A stretch of DNA of 64,000 nucleotides, from NCBI GenBank assembly GCA_002269645.1, contig NIVC01001126.1:124001-188000 (forward strand), written 5' to 3'. Origin of the DNA: Macrostomum lignano (taxonomy: Eukaryota). Positions 42,000 to 54,700 of the stretch are shown here, in pieces. The notes beneath the pieces were generated by a model. The model saw only the letters and a list, made by a program, of their open reading frames with translations, searched no databases and was not told the origin of the DNA. How positions within the stretch are numbered: the stretch's first letter is position 1; each line of letters starts with the position of its first letter. The position numbers and the translations under genes are program-made.

Positions 42000-44900
42000 T
42001 TAATACCGGACTTCTGAAGCAGCGGCAGTGCGACCAGCTGGACACCGCAGGTAAAGGAAATCGCTCGCCTTTGCAAAGCCGCCAGAACGCCCTGGCTCGC
42101 TAATTCCCAAACTCGCGCGTTTTTCATTATGGACCCGTTCGGCAGATCCGGCGGCTGATTGCTTCGGCTCGAACTTCTGGCGCAATCGGAGAGCTCCGAA
42201 TTTCGGTCGGGTCGGACCGGTGCGCTGATTGCCAATTAGCAGGTTAGCGTGGTCTGGCACCGACTCTGATAGGAATAAGCAGCAAGTCGTTTGCTGCCCA
42301 TCCGATTGGGTAGCAATCAAATTTTGCTGCTTCCGACTTTGATAGACAGGAAAGTGCTGCTGCATCAGTGCGTCCATAGTCTGCGTGTGTAGATGGGCAT
42401 TTGGGATTGTATCTCACAGTTGATATTCTCATCAACCTGGTTTACACTGACATCTACCAACAGATACATGTACGAAATCCGAAAATCAACATTGTGTAAG
42501 TAACGACGCGTTTCGCAATCCTAGGTGCATCTTCAGGTTTATTTTTTCTTGTACTTGGATTCCCTCATCAAGCCTTGCCTCTCGTCCAATTTCTCTACAA
42601 AATCTAACAGTGAATTTCTCCATGATCTTCAACAATTTAGTGTCGATACGCCTTGTTCTGACACGCTCTGTAGCTTTGATGTGGTTTCTCTTTTCACCAA
42701 CATCCCCCTTGATCTTGCTGTCGACCTGGCTACTGAACTGGTTTATAAAGCCAACCCTCCCTCCATGACCAAGACCTCCTTCAAAAAACTCCTCCGTTTC
42801 GCGACCTCTGGCATTTTCTGTTCGATAATAAATACTACCGGCAAATTGATGGATGTGCCATGGGCAGCCCCCTGGCCCCCACTCTGGCCGAGGTCTGTCT
42901 GTCCCACTGGGAAACCAACAACTGGATGTCTCTCGATTGTGCCCCCAAATTCTACAGGCGGTATGTTGACGACACTTTCGTTATTTTCGACAACAGCACC
43001 AAAATCGAGTCCTTCCTTCAAGCTCTCAACTCTACTCATCCTAACATCAAATTCACCCTTGAAAAGGCTACTGACCAAAAGCTTCCATTCTTAGACCTAG
43101 ACATTGACCTTAGCAGTGGAACTCTTTCCACTAAAGTCTTTCGAAAAAAAAACGTTCACCAACCTGATCCTAAACTTCCACGCTTTGTGCCCTAAAAATT
43201 TGAAATCTGGCCTCATCAGATGCATGCTCCATAGAGCTTTCATTGTCTGCAACACCTGGGCCAACTTTGACCAGGAATTAAGATCTCTCACCAAACTGTT
43301 TCGTCAAAACGGCTATTCGCAAGATTTCATCTATAGCATCACTCACAAGTTCATCTCTGAAAAAGGTTACCAAACAGCAAATCGCCAAAAATGACCACAA
43401 AGATCCCATTCTTGTCCTTCCTTTCTTTGGACATCATTCTCTTCACTTCAAAAGCAAAATCAAGAAACTGTTTCACCAATCGCTTAACTGTAACATCATA
43501 GTTGTTTTTCGGACTGCCACAGTCGGTGATTTCGTTGGCCGGTTAAAATCGCGTGTCCCCCGTGCTCTGCGTGCTGGTGTCGTCTATCAATTCAACTGCT
43601 CTGTTGACCAGAGCGTCTCCTACGTGGGGAAAACCAAAAGACACCTACACACCAGAACCAGGGAGCACTGGCTCAAACCGTCTGCTATACAAGATCACTT
43701 ACTGCATTGTAGTAGCTGCTCTAACTGCAATCCAAACGAGCACTTTAAAATCATTGACCAATGTCAGTCGGACTTCAAACTTAGAATTCTTGAGGCCATG
43801 CACATTAAAGCCCAGTCACCCAGCCTAAACACACAACTCCAACATAGTGGCGCGGGTCACCTACTCCGTGTCTTTTGATGAGAGAGAGTACTGGGTGTAC
43901 ATTCTTTCCGCCCCGGACTTCACTCTGCCGTACGGACTAACTCATGTGTTCTCCAATATTGATTTGTTCAAAAAATTGTCTACTTTTTCTTGTTCACCTA
44001 CAACCAACTCCATATATTTATTCGCAAAACCTGTTCAATTTCGTTGTTGAAAAAATAAACCTGAATATGCACCTAGGAGTGCGAAACGCGTCGTTACTTA
44101 CACAATGTTGATTTTCGGATTCATTTTCCTTTTACTAGCCAAGCGAGCTACACTACCCGATGTACGCAATCATACACGTACAAAACCCAAGTCATCTAAT
44201 AATATGTAACTATAGCAATCCTTAATTCACCTCAAGCCCAATTAGCAGGCATCTCAAACTCTGCTCTGCATCAATCTTAGCCGTTTTGCACTCACCATGA
44301 TGCTCTTAATAGTGGCGCCTTGAATGAAAATCTTGGCAAATTTTACCCAACCAGCTGAGCCTCTTCGCTTTCTTAACAACGCGGACCGTTTTAATTCCAC
44401 AGCGCACTGCATTAGCCTGGCCAGTTTGCGTAGTTTTACAGCTTGATTTGAGAACATCTGCACTACAGCGTCTGACAGTGGCAGCAGAAATGTTAAACCG
44501 TATGGCTTGAATGGCAGCCATTCGTCCAGAGCAGATATTCGAAGTCCATTTTTTGGCAATGAAATGCACTGCTTCTCGTCAATATCACGGGAGCCTATAT
44601 TGTTAAGAATTCGAGTTAGGAGAAGGGTAAGTTTATGTGCACTTAGTACCAAATGGTGGGGAAACTTAGTTGCACAGTTGCAGAGGGGTGGAAAGGTAAA
44701 GGAGCTTGAAATAAGATGGTTGCGCAGAGGCAGGGGAAGGAGAAGGAATGGGATGAGGTGGGTGCGCAGAGGCAGGGGGAGGGGAAGGAATTGATTGAGG
44801 TGGTTGCGCGGAGGAGGGAGAAGGGGAAGGAATGGATTGAGGTGGGTGCACGGAGGCGGGGGAAGGAATTGAGGGGTGGGTGCAGAGAGGCGTAGGAGGG

Positions 44901-45276
44901 AATGGAGGGGTGGGTGCAGAGAGGCGTAGGAAGGAATGGAGGGGTTGGGTGCAGAGAGGCGTAGGAAGGAATGGAGGGGTTGGGTGCAGAGAGGCGTAGG
45001 AAGGAATGGAGGGGTGGGTGCAGAGAGGCGTAGGAAGGAATAGAGGGAGTTGGCTGCAAGGTGGCAAGGTGACTTTATTGTCATGGATCTCTTGATTGAC
45101 TCACCTGTCGAACGAAACCAGTCTGAATGAGGAAAATGACCACCAAGAGCCGACGGGCCCTCGAGCTCCAGATGTTCAAGTTGTGTGGCTCGTCCGGAAT
45201 TTCTTAGCGCAATCATTCGCTCAAGGTGCAACGCCGCCTGCTGGCCGACCTCATGGCGTTCGGATTCGGTCGGCAT
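42000..45276 (-). CDS. Hypothetical protein, about 283 aa (exons 45276-45105, 44594-44296, 42380-42000); no family recognised
   Basis: gccATG; donor cag|gtgagt; acceptor aatatag| (phase 1 match); donor atg|gtgagt; acceptor cacgcag| (phase 0 match). Intron 1 holds a minisatellite like the other genes here; intron 2 holds the Penelope element. Exon 3 is the least certain. Confidence 0.55.
42476..44120 (+). mobile_element. Penelope-like retroelement, 5'-truncated, with inverted copy of its 3' end at the 5' junction
   Basis: RT motifs SFDVVSLFTNIP, QIDGCAMGSPLAP, RRYVDDTF, LPFLD; GIY-YIG GVVYQFNC...SYVGKTKRHLHTRTREH...LEAMHI; three 1-nt frameshifts; 71-bp inverted repeat 42476-42546 vs 44050-44120 with 2 mismatches. 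Confidence 0.93.
42501..42541 (-). ncRNA. Minimal type I hammerhead ribozyme candidate (Penelope pLTR)
   Basis: CUGAAGA-stem II (GCA...UGC)-GAAAC-GC-GUC core, the minimal HHR layout known from Penelope elements; stem I only 3-4 bp. The plus-strand copy at 44060-44091 has CUGAAUA. Confidence 0.7.
44640..45050. repeat. About 35-36-bp G-rich minisatellite in intron 1 of the hypothetical gene
   Basis: (gcagagaggcgtaggaaggaatggaggggt[t]gggt)n, degenerate at the low end. Confidence 0.9.
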
Positions 45277-45499
45277 GGCTGCTTGTTTGAAATCTTTGCT
45301 TCGAACTGCTATGATGAGGTTCTCCTACGTGCTGTAGTCTATTCATATTTAATAGAATAAATGGCTCTGGACTTTGCCCATAGACAGTTTCCCAGACTTC
45401 CACTAAATCAAATAATTCCTATCGGCTATAGGATTGCTACTGTTAGTAGCTTGTAAAACATATAATGTGTAAAGCATTTTGCATTGGTGGCAGACTACT

Positions 45500-45842
45500 G
45501 CTATCACTGCGGATAGTAAGTTTGGCCACAGATTATAGTGGTCACTGCGGATAGTGAGTTTGGTCACAGACTATAGTGGTCACCGCGGATAATGAGTTTG
45601 GTCACAGACTATAGTGGTCACTGCGGATAGTGAGTTTCGTCACAGACTATAGTGGTCACTGCGGATAGTGAGTTTGGTCACAGATTATAGTGGTCACTGC
45701 GGATAGTGAGTTTGGTCACAGACTATAGTGGTCACTGCGAATAGTGAGTTTGGTCACAGACTATAGTGGTCACTGCGGATAGTGAGTTTGGTCACAGACT
45801 ATAGTGGTCACTGCTGATAGTGAGTTTGGTCCCAGACTATAG
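45500..45842. repeat. 38-bp minisatellite (gactatagtggtcactgcggatagtgagtttggtcaca)n, about 9 copies
   Basis: Direct inspection; no spacers. Confidence 0.95.
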
Positions 45843-45845
45843 TGT

Positions 45846-45973
45846 CCATTGTACAGCTGAGTGACCTGAAGCAATGCAGAATAATCAATCAAGGACAAAG
45901 GGTCGAGAAGAATCGAACCCCAGACCTTTCAGTCGTGAGTCTGACGCTCTAACCACCAGCTAGGCTACTGAGC
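45846..45973 (-). mobile_element. tRNA-derived SINE family A, copy retaining the head
   Basis: Minus strand: TAGCCTAGCTGGTGGTTAGAGCG (A box) ... GGTTCGATT (B box); shares gaatcgaacc...gacctttcagtcgtga and ccatt.tacagctg.gtga.ctgaa.caatgcaga with 16264-16485. Confidence 0.7.
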
Positions 45974-46684
45974 TACTGCCCAATAAAGTCTGCACTTATT
46001 GACTACGCAACCTCCTCTACATGCGCACCAAGATAGCAAAATATCCTAAATTGTATATTAAATATATACTCGTAGATCCTATAGCTTACACTATTCACGA
46101 GCAATGATTATTAGAACTAAAGCTAGCATCTCTATATTAGAAATTGCTGTAGTTCTTATAGAATCTGACTGACTATAGTTTAGTGCTAAGCCTACGCTCG
46201 CAAAGTCCAGCGCAGCGTGGGTACCGCAGGATGTTCCCGTATTGCAACCGCCTCTCGCATCACTCTTGCTGTGTTATCTTGGCTTCATCACAGCCTGCAG
46301 CCTGCCTGCGCAGCGCAAGAGAAAATCCCGATCCTGTTGTGTTGCGCAGGGCGGCTTTTGAAAGCTTTTGATCTGACTGATTGTCCACCGCGAACAAGTA
46401 GCTACTGCATTAGAGGCGCAGCAAGTTTGCATATAGTTTCGAAGTCTATCACTTTCATCACTCTCTCATTGTGGATTCTGGCTCCGAGAGGCCGTATAAT
46501 ATGGGAGCACTTTTAGACTCCTTCATCTGCTAGCGGCCGACTCTATGCCCGTTGTTTATCGCTTTTTATGTCCTTTGTGTTCGCTTTCGGGTTAAAGTTG
46601 CGGACTCCGCGAAGGGACGTCTGCAGTTCGTGTCCGTTACAGGTTTTCAGAACCTGCGATTTCATAAGCTAGCTTAAGCCCGCA

Positions 46685-47993
<1,309 letters not shown>

Positions 47994-48437
47994 CAACCAT
48001 GCCCTCCTAAATTTCACGATCTCAGTTTGCTCCCTCCTAAAGCTCCAAAGTTTTACATACACAATATATTCATTTCAATTTCCTTGCCATCGCAGTCCTC
48101 ATAACCATCCGGCTGATTAACATTTCCAGCTGTTTCCATCGCAATGTTTGCCCTGCTAAAAGCAGCAGCACAGAGCAGAAGAGAAGCAGAAGTTACTCCC
48201 CAAACTTTCTACGATCAAACTGCTGTATTGCATGCATACTAGCGGCTATCAAGCCCTATCCGCAACCATCAGTTCTCCCAACAGCTCCATCATGTAAATC
48301 CACTGGCTTATACACTATACTAATTCGCTTTATCAGATAATTAACTTCCTTACTTGCTGCATACTTGCAGGCAGCAATGATAGCCGAATTACACAGGCCT
48401 TGGTTCTTCCCGTCTTGATGCGAAGCCAATGCAGAAT

Positions 48438-49312
48438 CTGGACAGGGAGCAGCGGACAGCAGGTCAGGACAGGACAGGACAGGGAGCAGCGGACAGCAGG
48501 TCAGGACAGGACAGGGAGCAGCAGACAGCAGGTCAGGACAGGACAGGGAGCAGCGGACAGCAGGTCAGGACAGGACAGGGACCAGCGGACAGCAGGTCAG
48601 GACAGGACAGGGAGCAGCGGACAGCAGGTCAGGACAGGACAGGGAGCAGCGGACAGCAGGTCAGGACAGGACAGGGAGCAGCGGACAGCAGGTCAGGACA
48701 GGACAGGGACCAGCGGACAGCAGGTCAGGACAGGACAGGGAGCAGCGGACAGCAGGTCAGGACAGGACAGGGACCAGCGGACAGCAGGTCAGGACAGGAC
48801 AGGGAGCAGCGGACAGCAGGTCTGGACAGGACAGGGAGCAGCGGACAGCAGGTCTGGACAGGACAGGGAGCAGCGGACAGCAGGTCAGGACAGGACAGGG
48901 AGCAGCGGACAGCAGGTCAGGACAGGACAGGGAGCAGCGGACAGCAGGTCAGGACAGGACAGGGAGCAGCGGACAGCAGGTCAGGACAGGACAGGGAGCA
49001 GCGGACAACAGGTCAGGACAGGACAGGGAGCAGCGGACAGCAGGTCTGGACAGGACAGGGAGCAGCGGACAGCAGGTCAGGACAGGACAGGGAGCAGCGG
49101 ACAGCAGGTCAGGACAGGACAGGGAGCAGCGGACAGCAGGTCAGGACAGGACATGGAGCAGCGGACAACAGGTCAGGACAGGACAGGGAGCAGCGGACAG
49201 CAGGTCAGGACAGGACAGGACAGGGAGCAGCGGACAGCAGGTCAGGACAGGACAGGACAGGGAGCAGCGGACAGCAGGTCAGGACAGGACAGGACAGGGA
49301 GCAGCGGACAGA
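48438..49312. repeat. 32-bp minisatellite (ggacagggagcagcggacagcaggtcaggaca)n
   Basis: Direct inspection. Confidence 0.95.
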
Positions 49313-49834
49313 AGGTTAGGACTCTGTCAGCTCCATCACAACAAAGTTTATTGCAGTTCAGAAGTCATAAAATAATCCATATAGCAAGCAAGGTGAATTG
49401 TAGAATTTCCCATATTTTCTGCATGTAGAATGAGAACTGTACACGAATTAAATAGCGGATTGTTACAGTTGCGTCTCTTTGTTGTAGAAAGACTGCTTCG
49501 ATTGCTGCTGCTGCTGCTGCAGCTGCTGGTATTGATGAAAATCTATAACGCTAGACGAATGATTGAAAATCTTTTTGAGACCTCTTCATTGTCGACTTCT
49601 GCTTTCACCGAGTTCAAGCTTCTGTCGAGCCCGTGCCGAAGTCTGGGCTGCCAGTAGCGGTTCGGGTCGCGGTTTGAGAACAACTTTTGTCTTCCTGAGC
49701 TGCCAAGCCGCTGCTGCCTGAACGGTTGGTTGTCCGCTTTCTGTGGTTTTTGCCTTTCTCGCTGCCTGCAAAGATGGTTGGAGCTGAAGTAAGAGTTCTG
49801 AATGATGCTGGGGGATGCTGAACGCTTGAGGGAT

Positions 49835-51680
49835 CATGATGGGTGATGCTGGATGACACTGAAGGATGTTGGATGATGTCGGATGACACTGAAGTATTCT
49901 GGATGATGCTGGATGACACTGAAGGATTCTGGATGATGCTGGATGACACTGAAGGATGTTGGATGATGTCGGATGACACTGAAGGATGTTGGATGATGTC
50001 GGATGACACTGAAGGATGTTGGATGATGTCGGATGACACTGAAGGATGTTGGATGATGTCGGATGACACTGAAGGATGCTGGATGATGCTGGATGACACT
50101 GAAGGATTCTGGATGATGCTGGATGACACTGAAGGATGCTAATTGATGTCGGATGACACGGAAGGATGCTGGATGATGCTGGATGACACTGAAGGATTCT
50201 GGATGATGCTGGATGGCACTGAAGGATGCTGGATGATGCTGGATGACACTGAAGGATTCTGGATGATGCTGGATGACACTGAAGGATGCTAATTGATGTC
50301 GGATGACACGGAAGGATGCTGGATGATGCTGGATGACACTGAAGGATTCTGGATGATGCTGGATGACACTGAAGGATGCTGGATGACACTGAAGGATGCT
50401 GGATGACACTGAAGGATGCTGGATGATGTCGGATGACACTGAAGGATGCTGGATGATGTCGGATGACACTGAAGGATGCTGGATGATGCTGGATGATGCT
50501 GGATGATGCTGGATGATGCTGGATGATGCTGGATGATGCTGGATGATGCTGGATGATGCTGGATGATGCTGGATGATCTGGATGACACTAAAGGATGCTG
50601 GATGATGCTGGATGACACTGAAGGTTGCTGATGTTCCTGGATGACACTGAAGGATGCTGGATGTTGTTGAAGGATGCTGGATGACACTGAAAGATTCTGG
50701 ATGATGGTGGATGAAACTGAAGGTTGCTAGATGTTCCTGGATGACACTGAAGGATTTTGGATGATGCTGGATGACATTGAAGGATGCTGGATGATGCTGG
50801 ATGACACTGAAGGATGCTGGATGACACTGAAGGATGCTGGATGACACTGAAGGATGCTGGATGACACTGAAGGATGCTGGATGATGGTGGATGAAACTGA
50901 AGGTTGCTAGATGTTCCTGGATGACACTGAAGGATTTTGGATGATGCTGGATGACACTGAAGGATGCTGGATGATGTTGAAGGATGCTGGATGACACTGA
51001 AGGAGTCTAGATGATGCTGGATGACACTGAAGAATGCTGGATGATGCTGGATGACACTGAAGGATTCTGGATGATGCTGGATGACACTGAAGGATGCTGG
51101 ATGATGTTGAAGGATGCTGGAAGACACTGAAGGATGCTGGATGATGGTGGATGAAACTGAAGGTTGCTAGATGTTCCTGGATGACACTGAAGGATTTTGG
51201 ATGATGCTGGATGACATTGAAGGATGCTGGATGATGTTGAAGGATGCTGGATGACACTGAAGGAGTATAGATGATGCTGGATGACACATAAGGATTCTGG
51301 ATGATGCTGGATGACACTGAAGGATTCTGGATGATGCTGGATGACACTGAAGGATGCTGGATGACACTGAAGGATGCTGGATGACACTGAAGGATGCTGG
51401 ATGACACTGAAGGATGCTGGATGATGGTGGATGAAACTGAAGGTTGCTAGATGTTCCTGGATGACACTGAAGGATTTTGGATGATGCTGGATGACATTGA
51501 AGGATGCTGGATGATGTTGAAGGATGCTGGATGACACTGAAGGAGTCTAGATGATGCTGGATGACACATAAGGATTCTGGATGATGCTGGATGACACTGA
51601 AGGATGCTGGATGATGCTGGATGACACTGAAGGATGCTGGATGATGCTGGATGACACTGAAGGATGCTGGATAATGCTGA
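49835..51680. repeat. 10/20/30-bp composite minisatellite (gatgctggatgacactgaag family) with higher-order blocks
   Basis: Direct inspection; marker ggtggatgaaactgaaggttgctagatgttcc recurs four times. Confidence 0.95.
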
Positions 51681-51764
51681 TTGAAGCTGGTTAATTGGTG
51701 GATGTCGAAAAATTCTGAATAATGCTTTTAAAACAATAAGAAGATTATATAAATGAATCAGCAA

Positions 51765-54700
51765 TTAGATTGAAAGTACTGAGAAAAAATTTCCCATCGA
51801 AACGAACCTCTTCGAAAGTCGATTTTGCTGACTTTTCTGATTCAACTCCGGCTTCTCCTCAGCCCACAGCAGAGCGCGGGTGCCCAGCGCCAAAGCGAGG
51901 CGTCGTATCAACAGCCGAACATAGTAGGAGGCCACTATCAGGGAGATTTCCCCGAACTCGCACAGTGTTACCACGGAGACGCCGATCCATAGGCCTGAGT
52001 TAGTTCAAGTGCTACTTTAAGCAAAGCAAATTACAATTGACACTTTCGTTAAAAGGCTCCCTGCACCCACCTCACGCCTCACCCCAGTATTCCTACCCCC
52101 ATGCACCCACCTCACACCTCACCCCAGTATTCCTACCCCTTCATGCACCCACCTCACACCTCACCCCAGTATTCCCACCCCTCCATGCACCCACCTCACG
52201 CCTCACCCCATTTCTACCCCTCCTTACACGCACCTTGCGCTGTACGCCTGCAATTCCTGTTCTGATTTGACCACCTCAAATAGAGCAGTTACTCACCCAT
52301 AATGCCACCCAAATCGGAGAACAGGTTCACCAGCTCATAACTTCGTTCCTCGTACAGCTGTCTCACTGTTAGGGTCTTTGGATACACTCTGAGCTGCAGG
52401 AAGCTCTGCCTGATAATGCTGTGCACCTGTTGGCAATGCTCGTCACTATCGAACCTATCCAGGCTCTTATTCAGCCTATCATCCAGACACTCGCTCAGGT
52501 TAACACCGTGATACGCAATCGAGTGATTCAATGCATGGTTAGTGTCGAATGCAGGATTAACAGCTCGCAGTCTGAGCAGATTAGTGTCAATCTCTTTAAT
52601 CCGCGACTTCAGCATAGCGGCAATCCTGGCCAGTCGGATTCGAGCGCCGCGAATTTGGAAATTTGGATCCGGCCAACGGCTCTGAAATACGGAGAAGTCG
52701 TAGGTGGTGTAGTTGCAGATGTTCAGGCAGCTGGACGGCTTCCTGCCGGTGCGCAGGTGCGGCAGCGCGCACTTCAGTCGGTTTAAACGCCGACCGATGA
52801 CAGGAAATTTGGAGCTCAGCAGCTCAGCCACTCTGAGCCGATCTGTATAAGCCAGCCGACTGAAAGTTCTCAACGAGAGTCTGCCTGACTTCTCAATCAA
52901 GCTCATATTGCTAACTAATAAGTCGCGCTGAAAAAATTGGTTAATCTCAGACAATAGTTTTGGCAGTTGCTTGGTGTCCTGAGCGCCCAGGAGGTCGTGA
53001 CAGTAGTCTTCGTCTGGCCTCCGACCCGAGTGCGTTTTTACAAGGCCTTCAATAGTGCAGCCGCACTTCTCCTGAACACTTTTCAGATGCTCGAATGTTG
53101 TGCAGTCCGCCAGCTGCCGGTCGTAGACTTGGACAGTGCTGCAAACGAGGGTTGAGTAGGGTAGAGTAGATTAGAGAAGATTAGAGTAGACTAGCAATCT
53201 ACGCCCCCCGTTGGGGAGCCAAAGAAATGCAATACACGTTTTTTTAATAAGCTACATGTAGCCTTGAAATCTTAAAAAATCTCCTGTCAAACTTCTAACC
53301 GTAACCATAACCCCAAATTTAATATTTTTTCCATGAGTTTTTGCATGATGCTTCTATGATTTTTTCATGACGCTTCCATTATTTTTTGCATGACGCTTCC
53401 ATGATTTTTTCACATGACGCTTCCATGATTTTTCACATGTTGCTTCCATTATTTTTGCAAGCTTCTATGATAAACATCTTTAAGCTACATGAGCTAAGTT
53501 ATAAGCTACCCTAACCCTAGCCCTAACCCAACTCTTAATGCTGTAACCCTGACCCTAACCCTGAACCTGAATCTATAGAGTAGATTCGAGTAGATTAGAT
53601 TAGAGTAGATTAGAGTAGATTAGAGTAGATTAGAGTAGAGTAGATTAGAGTAGAGTAGATTAGAGTAGAGTAGATTAGAGTAGAGTAGATTAGAGTAGGG
53701 TAGATTAGAGTAGAGTAGATTAGAGTAGAGTAGATTAGAGTAGGGTAGATTAGAGTAGAGTATATTAGAGTAGAGTAGATTAGAGTAGATTAGATTAGAG
53801 TAGAGTAAATTAGAGTAGAGTAGATTAGAGTAGAGTAGAGTGGATTTAAGTTCCGTAAAGTAACTTGCATAGAAGTCGATGGACATTCCAAACATACATG
53901 TAACTGGAGCCCTCACTGAAAACTATTGCTAATAAAAATCGAACACTACACATCCTTACGAGCGTACAAAGTGTGCTTAATCGAAATTCATTCAATAGTG
54001 AAATCAAGTCAATTAGTTTTAAACCTCAAGATCTCCGCATTTAAAAAAGATACAAATTCTCTTTTACGAACTTAATTTGCATCATGAAAAATTATAAATT
54101 CAAAGTGCAGTGAAAGCAGACAAGAAGTGCAGTAGTGAGGAGAGAGATGGAGAGAGAAAGAGAGGAGGAGAGAGAGGGTGAGGGTGAGAAGGAGAGAGGG
54201 TGAGAAGGAGAGAGGGTGAGAGGGAGAGAGGGGGAGAGGGTGAGAGGGAGAGAGGGGGAGGGGTGAGAGGGAGAGAGGGGGAGAGGGAGAGAGGGAGAGA
54301 GGGGGAGAGAGAGGGAGAGAGGGAGAGAGGGGGAGAGGGTGAGAGGAGAGAGGGGGAGAGGGAGAGAGGGAGAGAGGGGAGAGAGGGAGAGAGGGAGAGA
54401 GGGAGAGAGGGGAGAGAGGGTGAGAGGGAGAGAGGGGGAGAGGGAGAGAGGGAGAGGGGGAGAGGGAGAGAGGAGGAGAGAGAGGGTGAGGGTGAGAAGG
54501 AGAGAGGGTGAGAGGGAGAGAGGGGGAGAGGGAGAGAGGGAGAGAGGGGGAGAGGGAGAGAGGAGAGAGGGGGAGAGGGAGAGAGGGAGAGAGAGGGAGA
54601 GAGGGAGAGAGGGGGAGAGGGAGAGAGGGAGAGAGGGGGAGAGGGAGAGAGGGAGAGAGGGGGAGAGGGAGAGAGGGAGAGAGGAGAGAGGGTGAGAGGG

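Noticed and set aside
46180-46520. Possible second GIY-YIG remnant on the minus strand (RVMREAVAIREH)
   Set aside because: The resemblance rests on one short motif with stops and frameshifts; not supportable without a profile search.
48000-48400. Possible additional exon between satellites (ttttag|cag...ANIAMETAG...)
   Set aside because: No donor upstream gives a convincing phase match, and there is no homology cue.
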